A stretch of 64,000 nt of DNA from IMG/VR virus record IMGVR_UViG_3300045596_000200; one strand, 5' to 3'. The translations under genes and the position numbers were made by a program. Source of the DNA: an uncultured virus (IMG/VR IMGVR_UViG_3300045596_000200). Taxonomy: Duplodnaviria > Heunggongvirae > Uroviricota > Caudoviricetes. Position 1 is the first letter of the stretch, and each line of letters starts with the position of its first letter. The notes beneath the pieces are model-generated. The model did no database searches. It was not told the origin of the DNA and worked only from the letters and a program-made list of their open reading frames with translations. Below, piece after piece: positions 48,131-58,928 of this stretch.

Positions 48131-50848
48131 ATGGCTGACAGAATCAAAGGCATCACGGTCGAGATCGGCGGCGATACGACCGGTCTTTCGAAGGCGCTGT
48201 CCGGTGTCAACAAGGAAATCAAAAGCACCCAGTCGCAGCTCAAGGACGTGAACAAGCTCCTGAAGCTCGACCCGACCAACTCCGAGCTCATCGCCCAGAA
48301 GCAGAAGCTCCTCTCGCAGGCGGTGATGGAGACCAAGGACAAGCTCACACAGCTCAAGTCCGTGCAGGACCAGATGGACGAGGGCCTCAAAAGCGGCAGC
48401 GTCACGCAGGAGCAGTACGACGCATGGCAGCGTGAGATCATCGCGACCGAGCAGGAACTCAAGAACCTCGAAAAGGAAGCGAAGGACACCGACTCCTCCA
48501 TCTCCGCAACCCTGAAGGAGACCGGCTCCACGATGCAGGAGGTCGGAGGCAGGATCAGCGGCGTCGGGGAGTCCCTCTCCAAGGGTGTGACCGCGCCCAT
48601 CGCCGCCATCGGCGCCGCCTCCCTTGCCGCGTTCGGCGAGGTGGATTCCGGCCTTGATATCGTGACGCAGAAGACCGGCGCGTCCGGTCAGGCGCTCGAG
48701 GACATGCAGCAGAGTGTCAAGAACCTCGCGACCCGGATCCCGACGGACTTCGAGACCGCGGGCGCTGCCGTCGGCGAAGTCAACACGAGGTTCGGGCTGA
48801 CCGGTCAGGCGCTCGAGGATCTGTCCGGAAAGTTCATCAAGTTCGCGCAGCTCAATGACACAGACGTATCCACCTCCGTCGACAACGTCTCCTCCGTCCT
48901 GAACGCCTTCGGGCAGTCCACGGACGACGCGGGCGACCTCCTCGACGCGCTCAACGCCACCGGGCAGGCGACCGGAATCTCCATGGACACGCTGGCGAAC
49001 GACCTGTCCCAGAACGCCGCGCAGTTCAAGGAGATGGGACTCACCGCCCAGCAGGCCGCCGGATTCATGGGCATGGTCGAGATGTCCGGCCTTGACACCT
49101 CCACGGCGATGGCCGGTCTCAAGAAGGCCATGAAGAACGCCGCGGACGACGGCATGACCCTCGACGAGGCGCTCAAGGGCTTCTCCGACACGATGAACTC
49201 CAACAAGTCGGACACCGAGAAGCTGCAGGCTGCCTACGACCTGTTCGGAAGCAAGGCAGGCGCAGCCTTCTACAACGCCGTGCAGAGCGGGAAACTCAAC
49301 CTCGACGACCTGTCCGGCACGCTCGGCGACTTCTCCGGCAGCGTGGAGAACACCTTCAACGAGACGCTCGACCCGATCGACCAGTTCCAGATGACCCTGA
49401 ACTCCCTGAAGGAAGTCGGGGCGGACATCGGAAACAGCCTCGCAACCGTCCTCCAGCCGGTTCTGCAGGACATGTCCGCAGCGCTCCAGAGGTTCGCGGA
49501 CGTCTGGAACACCATCCCCGGGCCCGTGCAGGAGACCATCGTGAAGATCGCGCTCGTCGCCGCAGCCGTGGGGCCCGTGCTCATCATCGTCGGAAAGCTG
49601 ATCACATCGGTGGGGACGATCCTCACCGTCATCCCGAAGGTCACCTCGGCGATCACCGCGGTGAAGACCGTCATGACCGGGCTCAACGCGACCATGGCCG
49701 CGAACCCGATCGGGCTTATCATCACAGCCATCGGTCTTCTCGTCGCAGCGTTCCTCTACCTGTGGAATAACTGCGAGAGCTTCCGGGACTTCTGGACCGG
49801 CCTCTGGGACAACATCAAGCAGGTCGCGGTCACGGTGTTCACCGCGATCAGGGACTTCTTCACGACGATCTGGACGGCGATCACCAGCGTGTTCACCACC
49901 GCCGTGACGGGAATCGGCACATTCCTCTCCGGTGCGTGGAACGGCATCAGGACCGTCGTCGAAACCGTCATGAACGATATCAGCACCGTGATCCAGACCA
50001 TCTGGAACGGCATCACATCGTTCCTCACGACCATATTCACGGCGATCCAGACCGTGGTGACGACCTACTTCAATATCTACAAGACAGTCATCACGACGGT
50101 TCTCACAGCCATCCAGGCCGTGGTCAGCACCATATGGAACGCGATCAGGACCGTGATCACCACCGTCGCGGGCGCGATCGGCACCGCCGTTTCCACGGCA
50201 TGGAACGCCATCGGGACCGCGACCAGCACCATCCTCTATGGCGTGAAGTCCGTCGTGACCTCGATATGGAACGGCATCAAGTCGGCCGTGATGGCTGTCG
50301 TGAACACGATGAAGAGCGGCATCACCGGAGCGTTCAATACGATCAAGAGCACGATCTCCGGGATCCTGAACGGCATCAAGGGGACGTTCTCCTCTGTGTT
50401 CAACGGCATCTGGAGCTTCGTCTCCGGGATCGTCGGAAAGCTCGAGAATGTCTTCAACTTCAAGTGGAGCCTGCCGAAGATCAAGCTCCCGCACTTCTCC
50501 ATAACCGGAAGCTTTAGCCTGAACCCGCCGAGCATCCCGCACTTCTCCGTCTCCTGGTACAAGAAGGCGATGGAAGGCGGCATGATCCTGAAGGACGCGA
50601 CGATCTTCGGACAGTCGAATGGCACGCTTCTTGGCGGAGGCGAGGCCGGGGACGAGGCCGTCGTCGGCACAGGCCCCCTTCGCTCCATGATTCGCGACGC
50701 CGTGAGCGATGCCTCCACGGGCAACAACGGCCCTCTCATCAACATCGAGACGATGAGCGTCAGGAGCGACGACGATATCCGGAAAATCTCCCAGCAGCTC
50801 AACACGCTGCTCGTGGGAAGCCGCCGCGCGAAAGGAACGGTGATCTAA
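48131..50848 (+). CDS. Tape measure protein
   Basis: 905 aa, helical, periodic W/F repeats; synteny. Confidence 0.9.
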   Translation: MADRIKGITVEIGGDTTGLSKALSGVNKEIKSTQSQLKDVNKLLKLDPTNSELIAQKQKLLSQAVMETKDKLTQLKSVQDQMDEGLKSGSVTQEQYDAWQREIIATEQELKNLEKEAKDTDSSISATLKETGSTMQEVGGRISGVGESLSKGVTAPIAAIGAASLAAFGEVDSGLDIVTQKTGASGQALEDMQQSVKNLATRIPTDFETAGAAVGEVNTRFGLTGQALEDLSGKFIKFAQLNDTDVSTSVDNVSSVLNAFGQSTDDAGDLLDALNATGQATGISMDTLANDLSQNAAQFKEMGLTAQQAAGFMGMVEMSGLDTSTAMAGLKKAMKNAADDGMTLDEALKGFSDTMNSNKSDTEKLQAAYDLFGSKAGAAFYNAVQSGKLNLDDLSGTLGDFSGSVENTFNETLDPIDQFQMTLNSLKEVGADIGNSLATVLQPVLQDMSAALQRFADVWNTIPGPVQETIVKIALVAAAVGPVLIIVGKLITSVGTILTVIPKVTSAITAVKTVMTGLNATMAANPIGLIITAIGLLVAAFLYLWNNCESFRDFWTGLWDNIKQVAVTVFTAIRDFFTTIWTAITSVFTTAVTGIGTFLSGAWNGIRTVVETVMNDISTVIQTIWNGITSFLTTIFTAIQTVVTTYFNIYKTVITTVLTAIQAVVSTIWNAIRTVITTVAGAIGTAVSTAWNAIGTATSTILYGVKSVVTSIWNGIKSAVMAVVNTMKSGITGAFNTIKSTISGILNGIKGTFSSVFNGIWSFVSGIVGKLENVFNFKWSLPKIKLPHFSITGSFSLNPPSIPHFSVSWYKKAMEGGMILKDATIFGQSNGTLLGGGEAGDEAVVGTGPLRSMIRDAVSDASTGNNGPLINIETMSVRSDDDIRKISQQLNTLLVGSRRAKGTVI

Positions 50849-52753
50849 ATGGGATTCAGATTCAACGGACGGACATCCCAGAGCTTCGGCCTTGCCACAC
50901 GGCAGACGAAGGAAAACAGGATGCCGGACTTCACCAATAACACGGTCACCGTCCCGGGACGCGAGGGCGTGTTCGACTTCGGGGAGACCATCGGAGAACG
51001 AAAGATCGAGATCTCCTGCTTCATCCCGCCGGGCAGATCCGACGAGGAGTTCCTCGCACGTAAGGACGAGATCATCGCATGGCTGAACCCGGATAGCGGC
51101 CTCAAGGACCTCATCCTCGACAAAGAGCCCGGACGCGTATACCGGGCAAGGCTCGAAGGCGGATTCTCCTTCGACAAGGCTGTGCGGAACTCCTGCACCT
51201 TCGACCTCACGTTCCTGTGCCCCGACCCGTACGCCTACGCCGAGGCGGACGAGACCTACGAGTTCACCGAGCCCGGCACCTTCACGGTGAGCCGGAGCCT
51301 CGGGAACGCGGACTCCCTCCCGGTCTACTCCCTCTCGGCGGAGCTCACGAAGGACAAAAAGGCTATCATCACCACAAACGGCAAGGCGCTCGAAATAAGC
51401 GGAAGGCTCACCAAGGACGAGATCCTCGTGATCGACTCCTCGCTCATGACGGCAAAGGTCACGGACACAGACGGGAACACGCTCCGGAACGGCCTTCCGC
51501 TCATCGACAGCCTGGACTTCCCGAAGCTAAAGACCGGGGAGAACACGCTCGTGATCGATGCGGACAGCAGCACGACGAAGGTCGTGAGGCAAGTCAATAC
51601 ACAGGACGCGTTCACCGGGCAGGTGCCATCCTCATGGGGCGCGGACGGCCTGTGGCGGTTCAACGAATCCGAACCTGACTCGAATACGAGCCTTGCGGAC
51701 TCCTCCGGCAAAAGCCGGAGCGCGGTGATCAGCGGCTGGAGCGGAACGACCGCAAGCCTTCCGACCGGGCATCTCGGACGATCCTTCCGGATGAACATCA
51801 ACGACCCGTCGACCGAGAGGACCTACCTCAAGGTCACGAACGACGGCACGATCTTCCAGACGTTCGGCGAAACGATCGCCGTCGGCGGATGGTTCATGCC
51901 GACCACCTACTCGGTCGGAAACACGTTCTGCCCGCTCTTCAACACGCGCTACGGCCCGGGCCAGCCGATCCTCTACCTGTCGCTCCTGTCCGGAAAACCG
52001 AGGATCATGCTCTACGATTCGACCGGCACGCTGATCCTCGACAAATCCGTGACGCCGTCCTTCACGCTGGAGAACGCCGCCTGGTATTTCATCGCCTGCC
52101 TCATCAAGCCGGTTGCCAAGACCGCCCAGTACATCCTCGGAAACCGGAGCACCGGCGCGGTCTGGGAATCCGACGTCCTCGGCTTCACCGGGACGCTCAA
52201 CGCGTCCTGCACCGCGGACCTCGTCTGGGGCATGCACGCCGACTCCTACTGGTACGCGGGGAACTTCGACGACTGGTTCCTCGACTGCGACTCCGACCTC
52301 ACCGCGGACGACATCTCCCTGTGGCTCAGGGAATCCCTGTCCGCGAACGCCGCCGACTCCGACGCCGGCGTGGACGGGCTCACAACTGAAAACGCCGTGA
52401 CCCTGAAAGCCACGAGCGGCGCATACCCATCGTCCGGGACGCTCACCACCGCAGCCACCGCCTACGGGATCGAAGGCACCTGCCTTGCCTCCGTGGACGC
52501 GGACCTGCCGGACGGGACCGGGATCAGCATCGAGACCTCGACATCGGACGACCTTGCGACCTGGAGCGACTGGGCGACGCCCGGGGATGACGGAAGCGTC
52601 AAGTCCGCGGCGGGACAATACATCCGCTTCCGGCTCACGCTCACGACAACCGACGCATCCAAGACGCCGACCCTCAGAAGCATCAGCCTCTCCGTTCCGG
52701 GAGAATCGGCATTCAAAAAACTCGTCATCACGGCGCGAAGCAGATGGAGGTGA
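50849..52753 (+). CDS. Distal tail protein with a LamG/lectin-like extension
   Basis: GFRFNG..S, VPGREG, FLCPDPYAY; extra GLWRFNE...AGNFDDW domain. Confidence 0.75.
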   Translation: MGFRFNGRTSQSFGLATRQTKENRMPDFTNNTVTVPGREGVFDFGETIGERKIEISCFIPPGRSDEEFLARKDEIIAWLNPDSGLKDLILDKEPGRVYRARLEGGFSFDKAVRNSCTFDLTFLCPDPYAYAEADETYEFTEPGTFTVSRSLGNADSLPVYSLSAELTKDKKAIITTNGKALEISGRLTKDEILVIDSSLMTAKVTDTDGNTLRNGLPLIDSLDFPKLKTGENTLVIDADSSTTKVVRQVNTQDAFTGQVPSSWGADGLWRFNESEPDSNTSLADSSGKSRSAVISGWSGTTASLPTGHLGRSFRMNINDPSTERTYLKVTNDGTIFQTFGETIAVGGWFMPTTYSVGNTFCPLFNTRYGPGQPILYLSLLSGKPRIMLYDSTGTLILDKSVTPSFTLENAAWYFIACLIKPVAKTAQYILGNRSTGAVWESDVLGFTGTLNASCTADLVWGMHADSYWYAGNFDDWFLDCDSDLTADDISLWLRESLSANAADSDAGVDGLTTENAVTLKATSGAYPSSGTLTTAATAYGIEGTCLASVDADLPDGTGISIETSTSDDLATWSDWATPGDDGSVKSAAGQYIRFRLTLTTTDASKTPTLRSISLSVPGESAFKKLVITARSRWR

Positions 52754-52759
52754 CAGAAA

Positions 52760-54133
52760 ATGGCAGATCGGACAAGCCTCCTTGTCATGGACAAGGACGA
52801 CAACACGGAGGCCGTGCTCGAAAACGCCTACGACATCATCGTCACCGGCGAGATCAACGGCATCGACACGCTCGAATTCAACCTCCCGTTCCGCGACGTC
52901 AAGCGACAGTATCTCGAAAACGAAAAACAGATCTCCGTCGGCGGCGACACCTACCGCATCCGCACGATCACGGACGAGAAGAGCGAGCAGGGCACCGCCA
53001 TCACCTCCGTGTACGCCGAGGCCGCGTTCTACGACCTCGGGTTCTCCGTGAAGAAAACGGAGCAGACCTTCAACGCGGACACGGCGGACGTCCCGATGGC
53101 CTACGCGCTTAAGGACACCGGCTGGACGCTCGGAACCGTCAACGTCCGCACGAAGCGCACCTGGACTTCCACGGAGAAAAACGCCCTCGCGGTCCTGAGG
53201 AAGGTGCAGGACCTCCACGGAGGCGACCTCATCTTCGACAACAGGAACAGGACCGTGAGCCTTCTGGCCTTCAGCGGCATGGACTCCGGCGCGCTCTTCT
53301 GCTACAGGAAGAACATGAAGTCCATCAAGCGCGTCATCGACACGCAGAGCCTCATCACACGGCTCTACGCCTACGGCAAGGACGGCATGACCTTCGCGTC
53401 CATCAACGACGGCAAGGAGTACGTCGAGGACACCACGTACACGGACGAGACCCGCATATCCACGCTCGACTGCTCGAACTTCACGAACCCGTACCAGATG
53501 CTGGAGTACGCCAGCATGCGCCTCGCCGACTACGCCAGCCCGCGCGTCTCCTATGTCCTGAACGCGATGGACCTCTCCGTCCTCACCGGCTACGGGCACG
53601 AGACGTGGAAGCTCGGTGACATCGTGACCGTGAAGGACGACGAGCTGGGCCTTTCCATCAAGACAAGGATCGTGCGCCGGGAGTACAACCTGCGCGAACC
53701 GTGGAACACCGTCCTCGAACTGTCGACCACTCTCCGGGAGCTCGGCGACTCCTCCTCGCAGTGGGACGCCGCCGCCGACACGCTCGCCGGGGCGAATCTC
53801 GTCGACAGCCAGGAAATGCAGGACCTGGTGCCGTTCAATCATCTGAAGAACTCCCGAGCCGACTCCGGCCTCTCCTACTGGGAGAACTCCGGATTCGAGG
53901 TGGATACGAAGAACGGCGTCTCCGGAACCGCGTCCTTCAAATGCGAAGGCGCGCTCGGCACCACGAAAAGCCTGACGCAGACCGTGACCCCGGCGAACCG
54001 GGACAGCTACACATTCTCCTGCCAGATCGCATCGGACGACCTCGCGATGGGCGAAAGCGGGCAGGTCGGCGTGGAGGTCACCTTCGAATACGAGGACGGG
54101 ACGACGGAGACACGGTTGATCGACCTGATGTAA
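52760..54133 (+). CDS. Tail hub/prophage endopeptidase-like (Tal) protein
   Basis: NMKSIKR...ITRLYAYGKDG; LGDIVTV.D. Confidence 0.75.
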   Translation: MADRTSLLVMDKDDNTEAVLENAYDIIVTGEINGIDTLEFNLPFRDVKRQYLENEKQISVGGDTYRIRTITDEKSEQGTAITSVYAEAAFYDLGFSVKKTEQTFNADTADVPMAYALKDTGWTLGTVNVRTKRTWTSTEKNALAVLRKVQDLHGGDLIFDNRNRTVSLLAFSGMDSGALFCYRKNMKSIKRVIDTQSLITRLYAYGKDGMTFASINDGKEYVEDTTYTDETRISTLDCSNFTNPYQMLEYASMRLADYASPRVSYVLNAMDLSVLTGYGHETWKLGDIVTVKDDELGLSIKTRIVRREYNLREPWNTVLELSTTLRELGDSSSQWDAAADTLAGANLVDSQEMQDLVPFNHLKNSRADSGLSYWENSGFEVDTKNGVSGTASFKCEGALGTTKSLTQTVTPANRDSYTFSCQIASDDLAMGESGQVGVEVTFEYEDGTTETRLIDLM

Positions 54134-54146
54134 AGGAGGTGCCCAA

Positions 54147-54341
54147 ATGGCTTCATTCTCACATGTGGCGCAGGCGGTCTCCCCGCAGAACGGACATGTC
54201 GGCAAGATACGGGTCCGCGTCTGCGTGACCGACTGCACCGGGACCATCAACATCACCGACATGCTCCTTCAGGGAGGCTCCATCGCGACCGGCTGGGTCG
54301 GGCATGTCAGCGAGATCAAGTGGACCGAGGACGGTGAGTGA
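54147..54341 (+). CDS. Small tail-module protein
   Basis: AAGGAGGTG RBS; DCTGTINITDMLLQ shared with the next gene. Confidence 0.65.
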   Translation: MASFSHVAQAVSPQNGHVGKIRVRVCVTDCTGTINITDMLLQGGSIATGWVGHVSEIKWTEDGE

Positions 54342-54925
54342 TCATGCCGGTATTCACAAGGTTCATGGAAACCGTCGCGAAAAAGGAAAAGAAGCGCATC
54401 GTCTCAATCACCGTGAAACCGCTGGTGAAGGACTGCACGGGGACGGTCTGGTTCACCGACCTCATGCTGCAGGAAGGAAACCGCCTCTCCGGATACGTCC
54501 CCAACACCGAAACACTCCAGAAGGCATATGCGACCGGCGACGAATACGCGGTCTCCGGGAAACGCTTCTACAACGGCATCGTCCGCGGGAGCATGACCTG
54601 CATCATCTTCAACCTCGGCAAGACCACCGCGGGGCTCGACTGGAAGATCACGCCCATTCAGAGCATGAAGGCGGGAAGCGTCTCCCTCGCACTCGGGGCG
54701 GGAGCGCACAAGGCGACCTTCACCGAAGCGGCGGCGGCCGGTGACGAGCTCTCCCTTCTCGCGTCCACGCGCGAGTGCCTGAAGAACGGCGAGTCCTCCT
54801 CGAAGGACGGGTTCTTCCAATACTCCGCCGCCGGGGACAGCAAGCATCCGGTGACGGTCGAGGACAGGAAATCGGCACGGCTCTACGTGGAGTTCCGGGA
54901 AATGGAGGACGGCGATCAGATATGA
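54338..54925 (+). CDS. Tail-module hypothetical protein
   Basis: DCTGTVWFTDLMLQEG; coupled to neighbours. Confidence 0.65.
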   Translation: MIMPVFTRFMETVAKKEKKRIVSITVKPLVKDCTGTVWFTDLMLQEGNRLSGYVPNTETLQKAYATGDEYAVSGKRFYNGIVRGSMTCIIFNLGKTTAGLDWKITPIQSMKAGSVSLALGAGAHKATFTEAAAAGDELSLLASTRECLKNGESSSKDGFFQYSAAGDSKHPVTVEDRKSARLYVEFREMEDGDQI

Positions 54926-57396
54926 GCCTGGATGTACTCAAAGGCCGCAAATGCATGGTCTGGACGTTCATGGGAAACACGAGGATGCACACCGCACTGA
55001 AGAACTACGGGGACCGCCTGTCACAGGTCGGCCTCTTCTCCTTCAAGGTGGACGCGACCGGGACGATCACGGAATCCGGCGTGGCGATCAGCGGCATGCT
55101 CACCTATGTGAACAGGTATCCGCACATCACCTGGCTCCTGACCGTCCGGAACGACGGGACATCCAGCGTGTTCACCGCGCTCCGGGAGAACACGGACGGC
55201 GCGCAGGACAAGTTCCTGACTGAGCTTGTCCGGATCATGGAGAAATACCCGTGGTGCGCGGGCGTGGACATCGACCTCGAACGGGGCGGCGACTACTCCA
55301 CGCACGCCAAGTCCACCGCCATGTTCCGGAACATCTGGAACACGGTCAAAGCCTATGACAGCACGAAGAAGGTCAACATCTGCCTTCCCGGCATGGACTC
55401 GGTGAACGGCTCGGTCGGCGGCGAGAACTGGTGCGTCTACGCGGACCTGAGCCCGTACTGCGACACGGCGGCCATCATGAGCTACGGCATGGCATGGGCG
55501 GGCTCCGCCCCCGGGCCCGTGTCCCCGAAGGACTGGCTGGACGGCATCTACGACTACGCATCCCGCGTCATGACACCGGACAAGGTGTTCATGGGGCTTC
55601 CCGCCTACGGATGGAACTGGCAGATCCACGACACGCCGGAGAACCTCGGCGATACCTACCGGGGCGTCTCCAACACCTACTACGCGGCGAAGAACTGGAT
55701 GACCGGCAAGTACAATTTCACGGACGACAAGCCGCCGCAGCCGTTCATCCCGATCCTCGCGTACTGGGACGACTACAACAAGGTGCCCTACGCCTTCCCG
55801 CAGGTCTACGACTTCATGGAAGGCCGCGACGCCACAAGCTACGAGTACCCGCAGCTGAACGGCACCTACAACCGGCATCATTACCTGACCGCCTACGGCA
55901 AGCAGCAGAAAGCCACGTTCGGCACAATCTACGCGGACCACGACGGGACGCCGGACAGCCACTCCGGCATCGTCTCCAGCGAAAACGGCATCGCCGTCAT
56001 GGGCGACGCGGGGAGCGCGGCCTACCGCTTCACCGTCCCGTCCTCCAGAACCTACGACATCGCGGTGCGCCTCTGCTATCCCTTCTGGGACAAGAACGGC
56101 ATCTACGTGTCGATCGACGGAACCAGGAAACATTTCGCGGAGTCCCGCCTGTGGTGGCCATACTGGAGAAGCACCTTCTGGGCGAGCCTCGCGAACGGGA
56201 TCACGCTTTCCGCCGGGTCGCACACCATCACGGTGTCGGTCGACGTGAAGGGCGTGCAGTTCCACGGGTTCCGCGTCTGCTCCGCTTTTTCCGAAGCGCC
56301 GTCCGCCGGGTCCGCGTCCTTCACGCTCTCTCCCCGGAAGCTCATCGACGTTAACGGGAACGAATGCCAACCGGACAAAGGCTTCAAGCTCACGGCCGAG
56401 GTGCTCCGCAGGAAACCCGACTCCGCCCTCATCTGGTACGCGGACTTCGAGGACTACGGCATGCTCGACACCGGCTACTGGCAGACCCTGTCCGGCTCGT
56501 GGAAGATCTGGCGGGAGGACGACCACTCCGAGGAGCGCGTCTACTCGCAGCTTGACGGAAGAGGGAAATTCGCATGGAACTACGACGGCTTCCGCGACAT
56601 CCACCTTCGGGCGCGCCTCGCGTTCCCCTCCGGAAGCACCGGACGCGCCGGGGTCTTCTGCGGAAGCCTGTTCTGCTGCCTCGACTATGACACGCAGGCC
56701 GTGGAACTCTGGGACGGCAGCACGAAACTCGGAAGCTACAGCCAGAGCATCAGCCAGACAAGAACGGCCGACCTCAGGACCGCCCCCACGATGTACACCA
56801 TCGAGATGCGGATCCGGGGAAACACGGTGCGCGTCTATTCCGGCGCGTCCTCCACGCTCCGCTTCACCGTGAGCACCAGCGGATTCACCGGCGGCGAGGC
56901 AGGATACCAGAGCGACAACCGGACCGTGTGCGAGCTTCTCCGCATGGGCGACGCATGGACCTACGAGCCATACGAGCGCTTCGACGTCACATTCCCGGAC
57001 GGCACCGTAACGCAGTATGGCAGGATCGGCCGCACGGACTGCATATGGGACGACGAGTTCCAGGTGTTCACGCTGACCTCCGACGTGGAGGAACCCGCCA
57101 CGAGAAGCGAATCCATCTCCATGGACTACGAGTTCTACCACTCGGCGCAGCTCGCCCTCGAATGCGGAAGCGACTACACGATTACCGTCACGCCACGGGA
57201 CATCAACATCTGGCTGTCACGCCTGTTCCTCGGGGACGCGGACGGATTCTCGATCCTCTACTACCAGGACGTGGACTCGCTCGTCTACTGGGCGAACCAG
57301 GCGGCCTACCGGTGGAGGCTCCGCGGGATCGCGATCTGGTCCCTCGGACAGGAGGACCTGAGGCTCTGGGAGGCGCTCCCAAGGCAAACCGGATAA
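54922..57396 (+). CDS. Tail-associated GH18 glycoside hydrolase with beta-rich C-terminal domains
   Basis: GVDIDLE (DxDxE), IMSYG, MGLPAYG, GIAIWSLGQED. Confidence 0.8.
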   Translation: MSLDVLKGRKCMVWTFMGNTRMHTALKNYGDRLSQVGLFSFKVDATGTITESGVAISGMLTYVNRYPHITWLLTVRNDGTSSVFTALRENTDGAQDKFLTELVRIMEKYPWCAGVDIDLERGGDYSTHAKSTAMFRNIWNTVKAYDSTKKVNICLPGMDSVNGSVGGENWCVYADLSPYCDTAAIMSYGMAWAGSAPGPVSPKDWLDGIYDYASRVMTPDKVFMGLPAYGWNWQIHDTPENLGDTYRGVSNTYYAAKNWMTGKYNFTDDKPPQPFIPILAYWDDYNKVPYAFPQVYDFMEGRDATSYEYPQLNGTYNRHHYLTAYGKQQKATFGTIYADHDGTPDSHSGIVSSENGIAVMGDAGSAAYRFTVPSSRTYDIAVRLCYPFWDKNGIYVSIDGTRKHFAESRLWWPYWRSTFWASLANGITLSAGSHTITVSVDVKGVQFHGFRVCSAFSEAPSAGSASFTLSPRKLIDVNGNECQPDKGFKLTAEVLRRKPDSALIWYADFEDYGMLDTGYWQTLSGSWKIWREDDHSEERVYSQLDGRGKFAWNYDGFRDIHLRARLAFPSGSTGRAGVFCGSLFCCLDYDTQAVELWDGSTKLGSYSQSISQTRTADLRTAPTMYTIEMRIRGNTVRVYSGASSTLRFTVSTSGFTGGEAGYQSDNRTVCELLRMGDAWTYEPYERFDVTFPDGTVTQYGRIGRTDCIWDDEFQVFTLTSDVEEPATRSESISMDYEFYHSAQLALECGSDYTITVTPRDINIWLSRLFLGDADGFSILYYQDVDSLVYWANQAAYRWRLRGIAIWSLGQEDLRLWEALPRQTG

Positions 57397-57480
57397 CGGA
57401 ATACGGATACCAGCACCCATGGCTGCCCGCGACCGCGCGGACGGCCTTTTTTCATGCCAATTTTCAAAGGAGGTCTACAC

Positions 57481-57894
57481 ATGAAGGAATTCTGGTCAAT
57501 CATCCAGCTCATCTTCGCCGGAATCGGCGGATGGCTCGGCTACTTCCTCGGAGGCTGCGACGGGCTCCTTGTAGCGCTCATCATCTTCGTGGTCTGCGAC
57601 TACATCACCGGCGTGCTGTGCGCCATCTCCGACAGGAAGCTCTCAAGCGCCGTCGGATTCAAAGGGATCTATCGCAAAATGCTGATCTTCATCCTGGTCG
57701 GCATCGCCAACATCCTCGACATCCACGTGCTCGGCCACGAAGGGGTCCTGAGGACGGCGGCCATCTTCTTCTACATCTCGAACGAAGGGCTCTCCCTCAC
57801 CGAGAACGCCGCACACCTCGGCCTTCCGATACCGGAGAAGCTCAAAAACGCACTGGAACAACTGCACGACAGAAACGACAAGGAGGAACAATAA
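57481..57894 (+). CDS. Holin (phage holin 4-1 type)
   Basis: DYITG, SSAVGFKG, NEGLSLTEN..LGLPIP. Confidence 0.88.
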   Translation: MKEFWSIIQLIFAGIGGWLGYFLGGCDGLLVALIIFVVCDYITGVLCAISDRKLSSAVGFKGIYRKMLIFILVGIANILDIHVLGHEGVLRTAAIFFYISNEGLSLTENAAHLGLPIPEKLKNALEQLHDRNDKEEQ

Positions 57895-57895
57895 C

Positions 57896-58864
57896 ATGGC
57901 CATCAAAGGAATCGACGTAAGCCACTGGCAGGGAAACATCGACTGGGCGAAGGCAAAGGCGTCCGGTGTCCGGTTCGCCATTATCAAGGCCGGAGGCTCG
58001 GATGACGGATTCTACACGGACAGCAAATGGGAGGCCAATTACAAGGATGCGAAGGCGAACGGCATCGCGGTCGGGGCCTACTACTTCGTCGGCCCGAAAT
58101 GCGTAAACGCCACCGCCGGGAAAGCGGACGCCGAAAGGTTCATCCAGCTCCTCAAAGGCAAGCAGCTCGAATACCCGGTGTTCATGGACAACGAGGCGCA
58201 GCCCGCCTCGGCGAAGGCCGGGATCACGGAGGCGACGATCGCCTTCTGCGAGACGATGGAGGCCGCCGGATACTTCGTCGGCATCTACGGCTCCACAAAT
58301 TCCGGGTTCCGCGAGAGGATGGACGACTCCAAGCTCACCGCATACACCCACTGGGTCGCGCAGTACGCTTCGAAATGCACCTACGCCGGATCCTACGGCA
58401 TCTGGCAGTATTCCTCCACGGGACGCGTAAGCGGCATCAACGGAAACGTCGACATGGACCTGTCCTACGTGGACTACCCGTCCGCGATCAAGAACGGCGG
58501 CTTCAACGGATACGCGAAAGGCACGACGACCGGCGGCACCCCGGCGGCAACGCCCGCGAAGAAGCCCGTGGACGAGATCGCCTCCGAGGTGATCGCCGGG
58601 AAATGGGGAAACGGAGACAACCGAAGGAACAGGCTCACCGCCGCCGGATACGACTACAACGCCGTGCAGGCAAAGGTTAACGAGAAGCTAGGGGCATCCG
58701 CCGCCAAGCCATCCGCCGCCTACCACACGGTGAAGCGCGGCGACACGCTCTCGGCCATCGCAAGCAGGTACGGCACAAGCGTCTCTGCCATCCAGAAGCT
58801 CAACGGCTCGCTCATCAGGAACGTGAACCTCATCCAGATCGGCTGGAAGATCCGCGTGAAATGA
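57896..58864 (+). CDS. Endolysin: GH25 muramidase, Cpl-7 and LysM domains
   Basis: GIDVSHWQG, WQYSS; EVIAGKWGNG; VKRGDTLSAIA. Confidence 0.92.
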   Translation: MAIKGIDVSHWQGNIDWAKAKASGVRFAIIKAGGSDDGFYTDSKWEANYKDAKANGIAVGAYYFVGPKCVNATAGKADAERFIQLLKGKQLEYPVFMDNEAQPASAKAGITEATIAFCETMEAAGYFVGIYGSTNSGFRERMDDSKLTAYTHWVAQYASKCTYAGSYGIWQYSSTGRVSGINGNVDMDLSYVDYPSAIKNGGFNGYAKGTTTGGTPAATPAKKPVDEIASEVIAGKWGNGDNRRNRLTAAGYDYNAVQAKVNEKLGASAAKPSAAYHTVKRGDTLSAIASRYGTSVSAIQKLNGSLIRNVNLIQIGWKIRVK

Positions 58865-58880
58865 CCATCCACACCCGTAC

Positions 58881-58923
58881 GCCCGCAGGCGTTCCCTCGT
58901 CGGAATGCCTGCGGGCCTTTTTT
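58881..58923 (+). terminator. Terminator after the lysis cassette
   Basis: GCCCGCAGGC...GCCTGCGGGC followed by T-run. Confidence 0.75.
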
Positions 58924-58928
58924 GTTTC

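Noticed and set aside
49760..50460. Periodic TGGAAC-type repeats
   Set aside because: Explained by the Trp-periodic helical repeats of the tape measure protein
47858..57141. Long minus-strand ORFs (894, 876 and 706 aa) and similar antisense ORFs elsewhere
   Set aside because: Shadow frames of high-GC genes with no recognisable motifs
50849..58864. Diversity-generating retroelement in the tail region
   Set aside because: No reverse transcriptase and no template/variable repeat pair seen
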